Source: Candidatus Omnitrophota bacterium (GTDB taxonomy: Bacteria > Omnitrophota > Gorgyraeia > Gygaellales > Profunditerraquicolaceae). From it: a DNA stretch of 64,000 nt. Positions 18,601 through 29,773 of the stretch are shown here, one piece after another (the stretch's first letter is position 1; each line of letters starts with the position of its first letter). The translations under genes were made by a program, and so were the position numbers. The notes beneath the pieces are model-generated. The model was not told where the DNA came from. It was given only the letters and a program-made list of their open reading frames with translations, and searched no databases. The stretch lies in assembly GCA_028716245.1 (NCBI GenBank), contig JAQUQW010000002.1, positions 154,514 to 218,513 on the forward strand. Reading direction: 5' to 3'.

Positions 18601-21531
18601 GTGTTTAAGGTGTTAGGTTTAATTAAAAAAATTATTCTGCAAAATAAACAGAATGCTATTGCCAGCAGGTTCCCTAATTTAAATATAACTTTGCATTCTG
18701 AGATGCCCAGCCCTTCGATGAATAAGATGGTTGAAGTAGCCAGGCTGGTTAATTTGGTGAATTCTTTGGAGCCTAAGATAAGCGCGCTTAGCGATGCGGC
18801 CTTGGCCGCCAAGTCCAATGAATTTAAAGAACATTTAAAAATTAAATCCGCACAATTTTCCCGGGAGCTGGAAGATTGGCATCAGTCCATGCTCAAGGTG
18901 GCTATCCCCGAAGAGAAGGAAAAATTAAAAGAAAAGTTAAAGAACAGCCGTAACAAGATCTTTGCCGATATATTGCCTGAGGCTTTTGCCGTGGTCAGGG
19001 AAGCCTCCAAGCGCACAATCGGCCTGAGGCATTTTGACGTGCAGATTGCCGGAGGGATTATCCTGCACGAAGGCCGGATCGCCGAGATGTCTACCGGAGA
19101 AGGAAAGACTTTGGTGGCTACCTTGGCGGCCTATCTCAATGCTTTATTAGGTAAAGGGGTGCATGTGGTTACCGTCAATGATTATCTTGCCCGGCGCGAC
19201 CGCGAGTGGATGGGTCCGATTTATGAATTCTTGGGTTTATCCGTAGGCACTATCCAGCATGATATGAGCGATGAAGAAAGAAAGGCCGCTTATGCCTGCG
19301 ATATAACTTATGGCACCAACAATGAATTTGGTTTTGATTATCTGCGCGATAATATGAAATATTCTATCCAGGAGCTGGTGCAGAGGCCTTTCTATTACGC
19401 GATCGTGGATGAGGTTGATTCGATATTAGTTGATGAGGCGCGCACCCCGTTGATTATTTCAGGCCCGGCGGAGGAGTCCACGGAAAAATATTACACTGCC
19501 AAAAAAATAGTCGAGCAATTAGATGGCCGCCGGGTTACGGAAAAAGACGAGATCGACGCAAAATATAAAGGGATCGACCTGGGCAAAGGATTTGATTATG
19601 TCGCCGATGAGAAGGCCCAGACCGTGGCCCTGACTGAAGCAGGAGAGATCAAGGCCTCCAAACTCTGGGGGCTAGATTCCCTGCATGCTTTAGAAACAAT
19701 TGAATACCGGCACCATACGATCCAGGCTTTGCGGGCAAAAGAATTCTTTGAGCGCGATGTGGATTATGTAATTAAGGACGGCCAGGTAATTATCGTCGAT
19801 GAATTTACGGGGCGCCTGATGCCCGGCCGGCGCTGGTCAGACGGGCTGCATCAGGCGGTTGAGTCTAAAGAAGGCTTAAAGATTGAGCGGGAGAACCAGA
19901 CTTTAGCCACGATAACTTTTCAGAATTATTTCCGCATGTATGAGAAATTAGCGGGGATGACCGGCACTGCTTTTACCGAAGCCAGTGAATTTAAAAGCAT
20001 TTATCAATTGGACGTGGTTGTTTTGCCCACCAACAAGGTTTTAGCGCGCAAGAACTATTCCGACCGTATTTATAAAACTGAAAAAGAAAAATTTAACGCT
20101 GTAGTCGATGAGATTGCCGAGCTGTACAATTTAGGCAAGCCCGTATTAGTCGGTACGATTACTATCGATAAATCCGAGAGGCTTTCTGAAATGCTCAAGC
20201 GCCGGGGGATTCCGCACCAGGTATTAAATGCCAAATACCATGAAATGGAAGCCCAGATTATCGCCCAGGCCGGCAGCTATAAAGCCGTAACGATTGCCAC
20301 CAATATGGCCGGACGCGGCACGGACATACTTTTAGGAGGCAACCCTGAATTTATTGCCAAAAATGTGGCCAAAGAGAAATTAGATCCCCAGGATCCAAAT
20401 TATCATAGCGAATATAAGAAGATACTCGAGCGTTATAAGTCCGAATCCGCTATTGAACATAATAAAGTAGTGGAATTAGGCGGGTTGCATGTTTTGGGTA
20501 CAGAGCGCCATGAGGCCAGGCGGATTGATAACCAGTTGCGCGGCCGCAGCGGCCGCCAGGGGGATCCGGGTTCTTCGCGTTTTTATGTATCGTTGAAGGA
20601 TGACCTTATGCGCCTGTTCGGCTCAGACAGGATTATCGGGTTGATGGATAAATTGGGCCTTGAGGAAGGCCAGGTTATCGAACACCCCTGGGTCAGCGGC
20701 TCCATTGAGATCGCCCAGCGCCGGGTTGAACAGCATAACTTTGAAATCAGGAAGCAGCTCTTAGAGTATGATAACGTAATGAATAAGCAAAGGGAGATTA
20801 TTTACGGCCAGCGCCTGCAGATCCTGGAAGGTTTTTCTCTGAAAGAAAATATTATTGAAATTATTCCCAGGTTAGTGGATGATTATCTAAAAATTTACGA
20901 TCAGGGGGATTCCTCTGGAGTGGATATAACCGGTTTGGTTAACTCGATAGTTTTAAATTTTGGCCTGGAGTTAGACGCGCAGGTATTTGTGAACCAGGGT
21001 AGCGAAGAATTGAAAGATAAATTAACCCAAAAGATACTTGAAGCTTATGAAAACAAAGAGAAGGCGATTGAACCGCAGCTGCTGCGTAATTTAGAACGCA
21101 TGGTCTTCCTGCAGATTATCGATAGCAAATGGAAGGACCATCTTTATGCCATGGATAGCCTGCGCGAGGGCATTGGTTTGCGCGCCTATGGGCAAAGGGA
21201 CCCTTTAATCGAGTATAAGCGGGAAGCCTTCGGAATGTTTAGCCAGATGATCGGGGCGATCGAAGAAGACGCGGTGCAGACTATTTTTAAATTACAGCCG
21301 GCCAAACCGGACAGGTTTCACGGTGTTTTTAGTTCTTTACCTAAAGAGCTTTCTCATCCAGAGGCAGATAAATTCCAGGCTTCTTTTCAGGAGGAAAGTG
21401 CTCCGGAATTAGCCGTCATGCCGCAGAAGCAGGCAGCTAAACCTGTTCAATCCCATCAACCTAAGGTAGGCCGTAATGACCCCTGTCCTTGCGGTTCGTC
21501 TAAGAAATATAAAAAATGTTGCGGAAAATGA
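18601..21531 (+). CDS. secA: Preprotein translocase ATPase SecA (with C-terminal Zn finger)
   Basis: 976 aa. [28 protein letters not shown]-like NBD motifs, C-terminal [19 protein letters not shown]. Approximately 35-40 aa insertion plus a longer N-terminus before NBD1 relative to E. coli SecA. Confidence 0.95.
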   Translation: MFKVLGLIKKIILQNKQNAIASRFPNLNITLHSEMPSPSMNKMVEVARLVNLVNSLEPKISALSDAALAAKSNEFKEHLKIKSAQFSRELEDWHQSMLKVAIPEEKEKLKEKLKNSRNKIFADILPEAFAVVREASKRTIGLRHFDVQIAGGIILHEGRIAEMSTGEGKTLVATLAAYLNALLGKGVHVVTVNDYLARRDREWMGPIYEFLGLSVGTIQHDMSDEERKAAYACDITYGTNNEFGFDYLRDNMKYSIQELVQRPFYYAIVDEVDSILVDEARTPLIISGPAEESTEKYYTAKKIVEQLDGRRVTEKDEIDAKYKGIDLGKGFDYVADEKAQTVALTEAGEIKASKLWGLDSLHALETIEYRHHTIQALRAKEFFERDVDYVIKDGQVIIVDEFTGRLMPGRRWSDGLHQAVESKEGLKIERENQTLATITFQNYFRMYEKLAGMTGTAFTEASEFKSIYQLDVVVLPTNKVLARKNYSDRIYKTEKEKFNAVVDEIAELYNLGKPVLVGTITIDKSERLSEMLKRRGIPHQVLNAKYHEMEAQIIAQAGSYKAVTIATNMAGRGTDILLGGNPEFIAKNVAKEKLDPQDPNYHSEYKKILERYKSESAIEHNKVVELGGLHVLGTERHEARRIDNQLRGRSGRQGDPGSSRFYVSLKDDLMRLFGSDRIIGLMDKLGLEEGQVIEHPWVSGSIEIAQRRVEQHNFEIRKQLLEYDNVMNKQREIIYGQRLQILEGFSLKENIIEIIPRLVDDYLKIYDQGDSSGVDITGLVNSIVLNFGLELDAQVFVNQGSEELKDKLTQKILEAYENKEKAIEPQLLRNLERMVFLQIIDSKWKDHLYAMDSLREGIGLRAYGQRDPLIEYKREAFGMFSQMIGAIEEDAVQTIFKLQPAKPDRFHGVFSSLPKELSHPEADKFQASFQEESAPELAVMPQKQAAKPVQSHQPKVGRNDPCPCGSSKKYKKCCGK

Positions 21532-23024
21532 GTGCTGTGATCCTGGCTGTCTTAGCCGCAGTCCTGTTGTCGCTTTCCTTCTCCAGTTTTAATCTTTGGT
21601 TATTTGGCTGGTGCGGTTTTATTCCTCTTTTTGTGGCGCTGGAAAATAAATCCCTGCGCCAGTCATTTATTGCTGCTTATCTGTGCGGAATTGTTTTCTG
21701 GAGCCTGACAATATACTGGCTTATCCATGTCACTTTAGCCGGCCAGATAGTTTTAATTCTCTATCTGGCTGTTTATCCGGCTATTTTTGGCGGTGTTTTT
21801 TATTTCTCCCGTTCTTTTTCACCGGCTGGCCGCCTGTTTTTTATGCCCGCATCCTGGGTATTATTGGAATATATCCGCAGCCATTTATTTACCGGATTTC
21901 CCTGGTCGCTCACCGGATTTTCACAATACAAAATTTTGCCGGTTATCCAAATTGCCGATGTTACCGGGGCCTGGGGAGTCAGTTTTTTGGTGGTCTTAGT
22001 TAACGTCGCGCTCTATCTAATTTTACGTAAACAATCAAGAGTAAAGGTTTTTTTAATCTGCGCGGCAATACTGTTTTTATCTTTGGCCTACGGATTTTAT
22101 AAATTAAGTTATAAGCCTGATTTAGCCGGCAAGGGAAGGCGGTTAAAGATTTCCGTAGTCCAGGGCAATATCCCCCAATATTTAAAATGGAATAAACAGG
22201 CGGTTGATTTTATCTTAAATAATTATAAGGAATTGACGGCCGCAGCTGCTCAGGATAAGCCGGACCTGGTTATCTGGCCTGAGGCATCTGTGCCGGGGCT
22301 TTGGGGCCAGGATGATGCCGAATTCAAGCAGGTTTTTTCTTTAGCCAGCCGGCTAAAAATCAATTTATTAACCGGGGCGGTTTCGCGTTTTGGGCAGAGT
22401 TATTTTAATAGCGCCCTATTTATTGATAATTCGGGTGAGCCGATAGCAATTTATAATAAGCTCCATTTGGTGCCGTTTGGAGAATATGTGCCGTTTAAAA
22501 ATATTTTCCCATTTTTGGAGACGATTGCCCCTATCGGGGACATCGAGCCCGGAAGGGATTACACTATATTTAGCCAGCCGGCTGATTTTGGCGTGCTCAT
22601 TTGTTTTGAGGATCTGTTTCCCGAGTTATCCCGCCAGTTTATAAAAAGAGGCGCAAGATTTTTAGTGAATATTACCAACGACGCCTGGTATAAAGAGGGC
22701 AGCGCTCCTTACCAGCATTTTGCCGCTTCGGTTTTTAGGGCAGTTGAGAACCATGTCTATCTGGCCCGGGCAGCCAATACCGGTATCTCCGGGTTCATTG
22801 ATCCCTGCGGCAGAATTTTATCACTAGTGGGGGATGCCCATGGCCGCGAAATTTTTGTAAAAGGTTACAGCAGCCAGGATATTTATTTAATACCGGCTAA
22901 GCGCACTTTTTACAGCCGTTACGGAGATGTCTTCATTATTTTTTGCCTGCTGCTTGAGTGTTTGATTATGGTATTTTCTCAACCACGAATTTATAAGATG
23001 CTAAAATATAACCATGCGCAATAG
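21516..23024 (+). CDS. lnt: Apolipoprotein N-acyltransferase
   Basis: N-terminal multi-TM domain plus a CN-hydrolase domain with E/K/C triad context ([11 protein letters not shown]). Confidence 0.85.
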   Translation: MLRKMSAVILAVLAAVLLSLSFSSFNLWLFGWCGFIPLFVALENKSLRQSFIAAYLCGIVFWSLTIYWLIHVTLAGQIVLILYLAVYPAIFGGVFYFSRSFSPAGRLFFMPASWVLLEYIRSHLFTGFPWSLTGFSQYKILPVIQIADVTGAWGVSFLVVLVNVALYLILRKQSRVKVFLICAAILFLSLAYGFYKLSYKPDLAGKGRRLKISVVQGNIPQYLKWNKQAVDFILNNYKELTAAAAQDKPDLVIWPEASVPGLWGQDDAEFKQVFSLASRLKINLLTGAVSRFGQSYFNSALFIDNSGEPIAIYNKLHLVPFGEYVPFKNIFPFLETIAPIGDIEPGRDYTIFSQPADFGVLICFEDLFPELSRQFIKRGARFLVNITNDAWYKEGSAPYQHFAASVFRAVENHVYLARAANTGISGFIDPCGRILSLVGDAHGREIFVKGYSSQDIYLIPAKRTFYSRYGDVFIIFCLLLECLIMVFSQPRIYKMLKYNHAQ

Positions 23025-24420
23025 AAAATTTTTGATTTTTTTGCTGCTCTTGTCGCTTGGCGGCTGTACTGCGGTTAAAAAACCGGATTTAAACCGCTGG
23101 AACAGCCTGTCGGAATTAGGGCCGTTTAAAAAAAATGAGCGGGTTTTAATTTTAGCTCCGCATCCCGATGATGAAGCAATTGCTTGCGCCGGGGTTATCC
23201 AAAAGGCGCTTGCAGCCGGAGCCAAGGTGAAAGTGGCTTACTTGACCAACGGTGATCATAATGAGCTGGCGTTTATCGTCTATGAAAAAAGAATAACCGT
23301 CCGCCAGGGTGAGTTTATCCACATGGGGCAGGTGCGCCAGAAAGAAGCAATTAAAGCGATGAAATCTTTAGGACTTTCTGAAAATGACCTTGTTTTTTTG
23401 GGATACCCTGATTTTGGCACCTTTGAAATCTTTTGCAATTATTGGCGCAGCCAGCGGCCGTTTCGTGATCGCCTGACCCGCATATCCTATGTTCCCTACA
23501 AAAACAATCCTTCTTACGGGGCGCCATATTACGGAGAAAGTATTTTAAACGACCTGGTCAGCCAGATTTTAGATTACAAACCGGATAAAATATTTGTTTC
23601 GCATCCAGCCGATGTTAACGTGGATCATAAAGCATTATATCTGTTTCTCCAGGTTGCTTTGAGCGATTTAGAGACTAAGATCCTTAAGCCTAGAGTTTAT
23701 CCATATCTGGTGCATTGTCTGGGCTGGCCCAAGCCGAGTTATTATCATCCGGAACTAGAACTGTATCCGCCGCATAAATTCATCGGCTCCAAGATTAATT
23801 GGCAACGCTTGGATTTGAGTCTTAAGGAACTGGATAAAAAATATCAGGCAATCCTTTTTTATAAAAGCCAGACGCAATCCAGCGCTTTTTATTTATTATC
23901 TTTTGCCAGGAAAAATGAGCTCTTTGGTGATTATCCGTTTTTAGAGCTGACCCCAAGAGCAAGATCAAAAGATAAGCCCGTCGCTTATCCGGATACTCTA
24001 AAAACATTTGGAATGACGCAGCCCGCGCAAGATTCCGAAGAATCCGATGCGGCCGAAGATCGGGGGCTGGTGAGCTACGCGCAGGAAAATAATAATTTTA
24101 TTCTCCGCGTAGATACGCCTAAACAGCTTAGCAGCAGGTTTGGGGTAATGCTTTATATCTTTGGATACGCCAAGAATACCGCCTTTGCCCGGATGCCTAA
24201 AATTCGGATTATTACTGCGGGTAAGAAATTCAAGGTATTCAGCGCCGAAGATAAAGTTGTCAATTCCGGGGTTATCTTGAATCTTGGTAAAAACTATTTA
24301 ATTTTAAGAGTTCCGCTTAAACTTCTAGGGGAACCGGATTACCTGCTTACATCGCTTAAGGTTTACCATGGTAATCTATCCGTTAACGCTATAGGTTACC
24401 GTAAGATAAAGATTAAATAG
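23014..24420 (+). CDS. PIG-L/LmbE-family deacetylase lipoprotein with a C-terminal domain of unknown function
   Basis: Lipobox LSLGGC. VLILAPHPDDEAIACAG...LTNGDH is the PIG-L zinc-deacetylase signature. Confidence 0.6.
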   Translation: MRNRKFLIFLLLLSLGGCTAVKKPDLNRWNSLSELGPFKKNERVLILAPHPDDEAIACAGVIQKALAAGAKVKVAYLTNGDHNELAFIVYEKRITVRQGEFIHMGQVRQKEAIKAMKSLGLSENDLVFLGYPDFGTFEIFCNYWRSQRPFRDRLTRISYVPYKNNPSYGAPYYGESILNDLVSQILDYKPDKIFVSHPADVNVDHKALYLFLQVALSDLETKILKPRVYPYLVHCLGWPKPSYYHPELELYPPHKFIGSKINWQRLDLSLKELDKKYQAILFYKSQTQSSAFYLLSFARKNELFGDYPFLELTPRARSKDKPVAYPDTLKTFGMTQPAQDSEESDAAEDRGLVSYAQENNNFILRVDTPKQLSSRFGVMLYIFGYAKNTAFARMPKIRIITAGKKFKVFSAEDKVVNSGVILNLGKNYLILRVPLKLLGEPDYLLTSLKVYHGNLSVNAIGYRKIKIK

Positions 24421-24472
24421 CACCCCGCACTTATAAGGAATTACGCGGGTATAGCCTTGTGGCCAAGGAGGG
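24421..24472 (+). repeat. Conserved 5-prime leader element, copy C (most diverged)
   Basis: CACCCCGCACTTATAAGGAATTACGCGGGTATAGCCTTGTGGCCAAGGAGGG, 3 nt before the ATG at 24476. Confidence 0.7.
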
Positions 24473-24475
24473 CGT

Positions 24476-24961
24476 ATGTTAGAGCTAAAGATAGTAAAAA
24501 TAGATAAGCCTCTTGATCTGAATTTTATTCTCGGGCAGGGACATTTTATCAAAATAGTAGAGGACCTTTATGAAGCTTTAGTTAATAGCGTCCCGGGAAT
24601 AAAATTCGGCTTGGCATTTACCGAAGCTTCCGGAGCATGTAAAATAAGGTGCGAAGGCAATGATCCTGCCCTTAAAGAGTTAGCTTGTAAAAATGCGCTG
24701 GAGCTTGCCAGCGGGCACAGCTTTATTATTTTCTTAAAAGATGCCTATCCGATCAATGTTTTAAATGCCATAAAAAATACCCCGGAAGTATGTAATATAT
24801 ATTGCGCCACTGCTAACCCTGTGGAAGTAATTGTCGCAGAGAGCCAAAGCGGCCGGGGGATATTGGGGGTAATTGACGGCCTAAGCCCTAAGGGTGCAGA
24901 GAATGATTCGGATGTCGCCTGGCGCAAGGATCTGCTGCGTAAAATTGGCTATAAACTATAG
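24476..24961 (+). CDS. Conserved hypothetical protein, possibly adenosine-specific-kinase-like (PF04008/DUF355-type)
   Basis: 161 aa. Family assignment is from memory of the fold signature (GQGHFIKIVEDLYEAL...IFLKDAYPINVLNA...GILGVIDG). Confidence 0.3.
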   Translation: MLELKIVKIDKPLDLNFILGQGHFIKIVEDLYEALVNSVPGIKFGLAFTEASGACKIRCEGNDPALKELACKNALELASGHSFIIFLKDAYPINVLNAIKNTPEVCNIYCATANPVEVIVAESQSGRGILGVIDGLSPKGAENDSDVAWRKDLLRKIGYKL

Positions 24962-25004
24962 CTATTGAAATTTAAAAGCAGTTTGCTATAATCTGACTAA
25001 ATTA

Positions 25005-25916
25005 ATGGATACTAAAAAAGTTCGTAAAAGCGCCGGCCGTTTTGCGGCATGGCTGGGATTAAATATATGTTCTTTGATTGTTAGGGTTATTCCTGCCGGC
25101 TGCCTCTATGCTTTTGCCAAAAACATTGCTGTTTTGGCTTATTTTTTTGCGAAAAAACAAAAAAAGATCGCTTTGGACAGCTTGAGCATTGCCTTTGGCA
25201 GGGAAAAATCCCGCCGGGAAATTGAAGAAATAGCCAGAAATTGTTTTATCTATATGGCTAAAAGCGCCGTTGAGCTGATGTTCCTTTTTGACAAGCCCCA
25301 GGCTTTAAGAGAACTGGTAGAAATTCAGGGCCGCCAAAATTTAGATAAAGCATTAGCTAACGGCCGCGGCGCGATTTTAGTCAGCGCGCATTTTGGTAAT
25401 TTTCCGCTTCTTTTAGGAAGGCTGGCGCTGGAGGGATACAAAGCCGGCGGAATTATGCGGCCGATGCGCGATGCCAAAGTGGAGAAGATTTTTCTGGAGA
25501 AAAGGGACAAGTTTGGCGTGAAGACAATTTACAGCCAGCCGCGTAATGAATGCGTAAATAATACCATTGCCGCTTTGCGCAATAATGAATTGGTTTTTAT
25601 CCCGATTGACCAGAATTTTGGGACCGGAGGGGTGTTCGTGAATTTTTTCGGAGAAAAAGCGGCAACGGCTACCGGCCCGGTAATTTTTGCGCAGAGGACA
25701 AAAGCTGCGCTTATTCCGTGTTTTATCCTCAGGCAGCCTGGTGATAAGCACAAGATAATTTTTGAAGCGGAATTGGAATTAAAAGAGGGCAAGGGCTCCC
25801 AGGATACCGTCTTGATAAATATTCAGAGGCTCACCGATATTATCGAGTCTTATATACGCAGATATCCTGCGGAGTGGGGTTGGATCCACCGCAGATGGAA
25901 GAGTAAGCCCAGTTAA
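25005..25916 (+). CDS. Lipid A biosynthesis (Kdo)2-lipid IVA acyltransferase, LpxL/HtrB family
   Basis: 303 aa. N-terminal TM, HX4D-like acyltransferase region (VSAHFGNFP) and IPIDQN. Confidence 0.65.
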   Translation: MDTKKVRKSAGRFAAWLGLNICSLIVRVIPAGCLYAFAKNIAVLAYFFAKKQKKIALDSLSIAFGREKSRREIEEIARNCFIYMAKSAVELMFLFDKPQALRELVEIQGRQNLDKALANGRGAILVSAHFGNFPLLLGRLALEGYKAGGIMRPMRDAKVEKIFLEKRDKFGVKTIYSQPRNECVNNTIAALRNNELVFIPIDQNFGTGGVFVNFFGEKAATATGPVIFAQRTKAALIPCFILRQPGDKHKIIFEAELELKEGKGSQDTVLINIQRLTDIIESYIRRYPAEWGWIHRRWKSKPS

Positions 25917-25929
25917 AGGAGGTGTTCTG

Positions 25930-26154
25930 ATGGCACAGGAAGAGAAAAAATGCTGTGGTACAGAGGAGAAATGTTGTGATCCTAAAAAAATGTTTTCTAC
26001 GCTGCTTAAGGTTATTTTAGGTTTGGTATTTTTAGTTTTAGGGGGATTGGCAATTTATAAATTTTGGCCGGATCTTCTTACGATTATTAAAGGCGGAGTG
26101 GGTTTATTCCTGCTTTTAGCCGGCGTAATTACTTTAGCCATAGCTAAGGAGTAA
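25930..26154 (+). CDS. Small membrane protein with an N-terminal CC-x5-CC motif
   Basis: 74 aa. KKCCGTEEKCCD followed by two TM helices. Confidence 0.35.
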   Translation: MAQEEKKCCGTEEKCCDPKKMFSTLLKVILGLVFLVLGGLAIYKFWPDLLTIIKGGVGLFLLLAGVITLAIAKE

Positions 26155-26186
26155 AAATAAAAAGCCAGGTTTTTAAGCTGATTTCT

Positions 26187-27548
26187 TTGTTTCTGTTAGC
26201 CTTCTCCCTCGGCGCCTGCGCCAGTTTTTCCGGGATGAACGCGCATCAGGCTCTTTCCATAGGCATATTCTCCGCCTCAATATTAGGCACTCTTTTCTTC
26301 TGGGATTTCCGCCTCAGTTTTGCTTTTATCGGCACATCCGTATTGTTGATGACCAAGACCATCGATTTGGAGCATGTTATCGAATTCTCATCGCTTGAGG
26401 TCATCCTTTTTCTGGTGGGGATGATGGTGATTATCGGGTTGCTTAAAGACTCCGGAGTTTTCACCTGGATCGTCAGCCTTATCTTACGCATACATAAATT
26501 GACCGGTAGGAAATTCACCCTTTTTATCGCCCTCATTTCGTTTTTGCTTGCCTGCGCGGTATCCGAAGTAATCTCCATTATTTTCATCGTCGCGGCTATT
26601 CTGGAGGTCTGCGATTATTTTGAGGCTGATCCTGTCCCGTTTATTATAATCTCCGTTTTGTCTACCAATATTGGTTCGGCGGCAACGGTTTTAGGGAATC
26701 CTATCGGTATCCTGATTGCTTCTAAGTCCGGCTTGACATTTGAAGATTTTATCATCAAGGCTTTTCCGCTGGCCATAATTTGTTTACTGGCTGCTATTTT
26801 CATTTCCCTGTTTTGGTACAGAAAATCCATCAAATTTCTTAACGAGCAGATGAAAAAATTAGGGGCTAATGAGATATTAATCCGGCTGATTTCCGTACCT
26901 GCGGAGAAAAGCCTAAAGATAAGTTTGTGGATATTTGGGGTAATGCTTATTTTTATATCCCTGCACCATCGTCTGGAGATAGCCTGGGGCCTGCCGCCAA
27001 ATACTGTTTTGTTGGTTGTGCCTTTGGTTGCCAGCGGCGCCGTAATGATCTGGAAGCATCAACGGGCCAGGAAGTTCATTGAAAAAGACGTGGAATGGTG
27101 GACCTTGCTTTTTTTCCTGCTCTTATTCGTGCAGGCAGGGACATTAAAGTATACCGGGGCGACTGTCTTTATCGCCAAGCATATGCTGGAGGCAACCGGG
27201 AATAATTTGAACTTTTTAATTTCTTCCATGCTTTGGGTAAGCACAATCGGCTCAAGCATCCTGGATAACGTGGTTTTGGTGGCAGCTTTTATCCCGGTGG
27301 TGCAGGGGTTCCAAAGTTTGAATATGAACCTACAGCCGTTATGGTGGGCTTTACTTTTTGGCGGCTGCCTGGGGGGCAATATTACTCTTGTCGGCTCTAC
27401 CGCAAATATCGTGGCCATCGGTATTGTTGAAAAGGAAAAACGGATCAAGATAAGTTTCCTTACCTGGTTTTGGATTGGACTGTTGGTGGGTCTGGCCACC
27501 ACTTTGATTGTTATGGCAGCGCTGGTCTTTTTGCCATTTTATAGATAG
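26187..27548 (+). CDS. ArsB/NhaD-superfamily (CitMHS/SLC13-like) anion permease
   Basis: 453 aa, approximately 12 TM, with inverted-repeat transporter halves. Paralogous to the ORF at 40053. Confidence 0.6.
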   Translation: MFLLAFSLGACASFSGMNAHQALSIGIFSASILGTLFFWDFRLSFAFIGTSVLLMTKTIDLEHVIEFSSLEVILFLVGMMVIIGLLKDSGVFTWIVSLILRIHKLTGRKFTLFIALISFLLACAVSEVISIIFIVAAILEVCDYFEADPVPFIIISVLSTNIGSAATVLGNPIGILIASKSGLTFEDFIIKAFPLAIICLLAAIFISLFWYRKSIKFLNEQMKKLGANEILIRLISVPAEKSLKISLWIFGVMLIFISLHHRLEIAWGLPPNTVLLVVPLVASGAVMIWKHQRARKFIEKDVEWWTLLFFLLLFVQAGTLKYTGATVFIAKHMLEATGNNLNFLISSMLWVSTIGSSILDNVVLVAAFIPVVQGFQSLNMNLQPLWWALLFGGCLGGNITLVGSTANIVAIGIVEKEKRIKISFLTWFWIGLLVGLATTLIVMAALVFLPFYR

Positions 27549-27549
27549 C

Positions 27550-27578
27550 TTGACAAACAGAAAAATCTGTGATAATTT
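27550..27578 (+). promoter_or_regulatory. Putative sigma70 promoter (TTGACA-N17-TAATTT) with a 150-nt structured leader
   Basis: TTGACA at 27550. The leader contains GCAGACG...CGTCTGC and GGCCTGAAGGCC pairings before the SD AAAGGAGG. Confidence 0.35.
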
Positions 27579-27731
27579 GATATCTAATAAGGTATACTCT
27601 CTCGCTTAAACGCTTGAAAATTCCTATGAAATTTTCTGCGCAAGCTCGGGATAAATTCGCAGACGGCCTGAAGGCCTACGATTTAGGTCGTTGTACTCCG
27701 TAAGTCGTCTGCTCATTTAAAGGAGGCTAAG

Positions 27732-28277
27732 ATGAATTTCAAAAAATTTGCGTTTTTGTCCGGTTTTATTATTTTAATTATGGTCACAACGCTGATTGCC
27801 TTTGCCGAGGAGCCTGCGGCGGCTCCGGCGGGTTCTGCGGCAGCTGCGGTTGAGCAACAGGCTGCGCCAAGAAGTGAAAATGAGATGCAGTGGGCTTGGG
27901 GAGAGGTAACAAATTTAGATGCGCAGGCAAAAACGCTTACCTTAAAGTACCTGGATTATGAGACTGATCAGGAGAAGGAGCTCGTTTTAAGCGTTGATGA
28001 AAAGACGACTTTTGAAAATATTAAAAGTTTCGATGAGATAAAAATAAACGATACTTTAAGTATAGATTATACGGTTGGCCCCGACGGTAAGAATATCGCC
28101 AAGAATATCAATTTTGAGAAACCGGATTCTTCGCCCGCTGCTCCTGCGCCGGCTGCGGAAAGTACCCAGCCAGCAGCCCAGCCAGCAGAAGCATCCAGCG
28201 GGTCATCTGCGCCAGCAGTAGTAGCAAATGCGCCAGCACCGGCAGAGGCAGCACCGGCAGCCGGCCAAGCCCAGTAA
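27732..28277 (+). CDS. Secreted protein with Ala/Pro-rich low-complexity termini
   Basis: Signal peptide, central beta-rich domain, termini rich in PAAAPA/APAPAEAAPAAG. Confidence 0.5.
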   Translation: MNFKKFAFLSGFIILIMVTTLIAFAEEPAAAPAGSAAAAVEQQAAPRSENEMQWAWGEVTNLDAQAKTLTLKYLDYETDQEKELVLSVDEKTTFENIKSFDEIKINDTLSIDYTVGPDGKNIAKNINFEKPDSSPAAPAPAAESTQPAAQPAEASSGSSAPAVVANAPAPAEAAPAAGQAQ

Positions 28278-28370
28278 TTATCCAGTAGCAATAGGAATCT
28301 CTCCGCAGTTAAAATAGGCAGGGCCTTAAAAACCCTGCCTAAATTTTGTGTTACAAAATTTAATTTTATT

Positions 28371-29024
28371 ATGCAAAATATAAAACTGATTATTTTTGAC
28401 TTAGACGGCACCCTGGTGGATGCTTATGCGGCGATAAACAGCAGCTTTAATTATGTGCTGGCCAGATTGGGATTAAAACCGCAAAGAGCAGATACCATCC
28501 GGCGCTCTGTGGGCTGGGGGGACCTGAATTTACTTAAACCGTATGTTCCAGAGAGGGATTTAAAGCGGGCTTTGGGCCTATACCGTAAACACCATAAACA
28601 TAGCCTGCTTAAGCAGGCGCATCTTTATCCTTATGCCGGGTCTCTTTTGCGCCAGCTTAAAGCAGAAGGCTATAAATTGGCAGTAGCCAGTAATCGGCCG
28701 ACCGAATTTTCCCTTATTTTGTTAAGGCATCTGCGGCTGATAGATTTATTTGATTATGTGCTTTGTGCCGATAAATTAAAATACGGCAAGCCTAATCCGG
28801 AAATATTAAATAAAATAATTAAGCGTTTTCCTTTTAAAAAATCACAGGTTTTATATGTAGGAGATATGGCCATTGATGCGCAGGCGGGCCGGCGCGCCAA
28901 GGTTAAGACAATAATCGTTACTGGTGGTTCCAGCAGTAACCTTGAGATCAAGAGAGAGAAGCCATTCAGAGTCATTCCTTCAATTGGCAAGGTTGCCGGG
29001 ATATTAAAACGCAGTATTCATTAG
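28371..29024 (+). CDS. HAD-superfamily hydrolase (phosphoglycolate phosphatase-like, subfamily IA)
   Basis: Motif I IIFDLDGTLVD, motif II S/T (VASN), motif III K and GDMAID. Confidence 0.75.
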   Translation: MQNIKLIIFDLDGTLVDAYAAINSSFNYVLARLGLKPQRADTIRRSVGWGDLNLLKPYVPERDLKRALGLYRKHHKHSLLKQAHLYPYAGSLLRQLKAEGYKLAVASNRPTEFSLILLRHLRLIDLFDYVLCADKLKYGKPNPEILNKIIKRFPFKKSQVLYVGDMAIDAQAGRRAKVKTIIVTGGSSSNLEIKREKPFRVIPSIGKVAGILKRSIH

Positions 29025-29070
29025 GTTTCCCTTGACAGTCGGGTTAATCGGTAATATTATAAAAATAAGC

Positions 29071-29721
29071 ATGAAGAAAAGTTTGCAATTACTTGGATGC
29101 GCGGTTACGTTGTTATTTCTGGCAGGGTGTTTTTCAACCAAGGCGCATTCTGTATTAGATAAGTCTTTGATGGGCCAGCCTCTTAGCCCATACACCGGAG
29201 CCCACGCTAAAATCGCACTTAACGATTTTGAATTAAAAACCTCCGGGATAGACGCGCAGGCCGGTTTGGCTCTGAAAGAATATTTAATCAGTATTTTAAA
29301 TACTACCAAGCGTTTTGTGGTCGTTGTCCCGCAAGAGGCGGATTTAATCATCACCGTTGGAGTTATTGAGTTTATACCGGAGAGCTCAGGCGGAAAATCC
29401 GGTTTAGCCGGAGGTGGAAGCAGCGCCAGTAGTTTTATGGGAGGCCTGTTGGGGGAGGTTTTAAACAAAGCAAATATGCAATTGAGTTTGCGCATTATTG
29501 ACCGGGTCAGTTCAACGGTGCTAAGCAGCCGGGACATCCAGAGCCAGGCGGTGGAAAATCCCGGGAAGAAAACAAAAACTCCCCGCGATAAGGTTTTTAA
29601 GGCAGGTTTAAGCGAATATGCCGGTAAGCCTATGGGTAAGGTTATCCATGATTGCTTGATTGAGGCAGGCCGTTATATCGCCCAAAACGTACCATTAAGT
29701 TATTATAACACCCCGCGCTAA
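29071..29721 (+). CDS. Lipoprotein, possibly CsgG-like
   Basis: Lipobox LAGC. The fold assignment is weak. Its stop codon lies inside leader element copy D. Confidence 0.3.
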   Translation: MKKSLQLLGCAVTLLFLAGCFSTKAHSVLDKSLMGQPLSPYTGAHAKIALNDFELKTSGIDAQAGLALKEYLISILNTTKRFVVVVPQEADLIITVGVIEFIPESSGGKSGLAGGGSSASSFMGGLLGEVLNKANMQLSLRIIDRVSSTVLSSRDIQSQAVENPGKKTKTPRDKVFKAGLSEYAGKPMGKVIHDCLIEAGRYIAQNVPLSYYNTPR

Positions 29722-29756
29722 TAAGGTATTGCGCGGGTGTGCCCTTTTGGGCAAAA
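29708..29756 (+). repeat. Conserved 5-prime leader element, copy D
   Basis: ACACCCCGCGCTAATAAGGTATTGCGCGGGTGTGCCCTTTTGGGCAAAA. SD AAGGTG lies downstream. Confidence 0.75.
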
Positions 29757-29773
29757 ATTAAGGTGTAGTAGAT

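Noticed and set aside
28067-28411. 114-aa minus-strand ORF rich in Ala/Gly opposite the secreted-protein gene
   Set aside because: It mirrors the GC-rich Ala/Pro codon run of the plus-strand gene, overlaps the HAD gene start, and has no start context.
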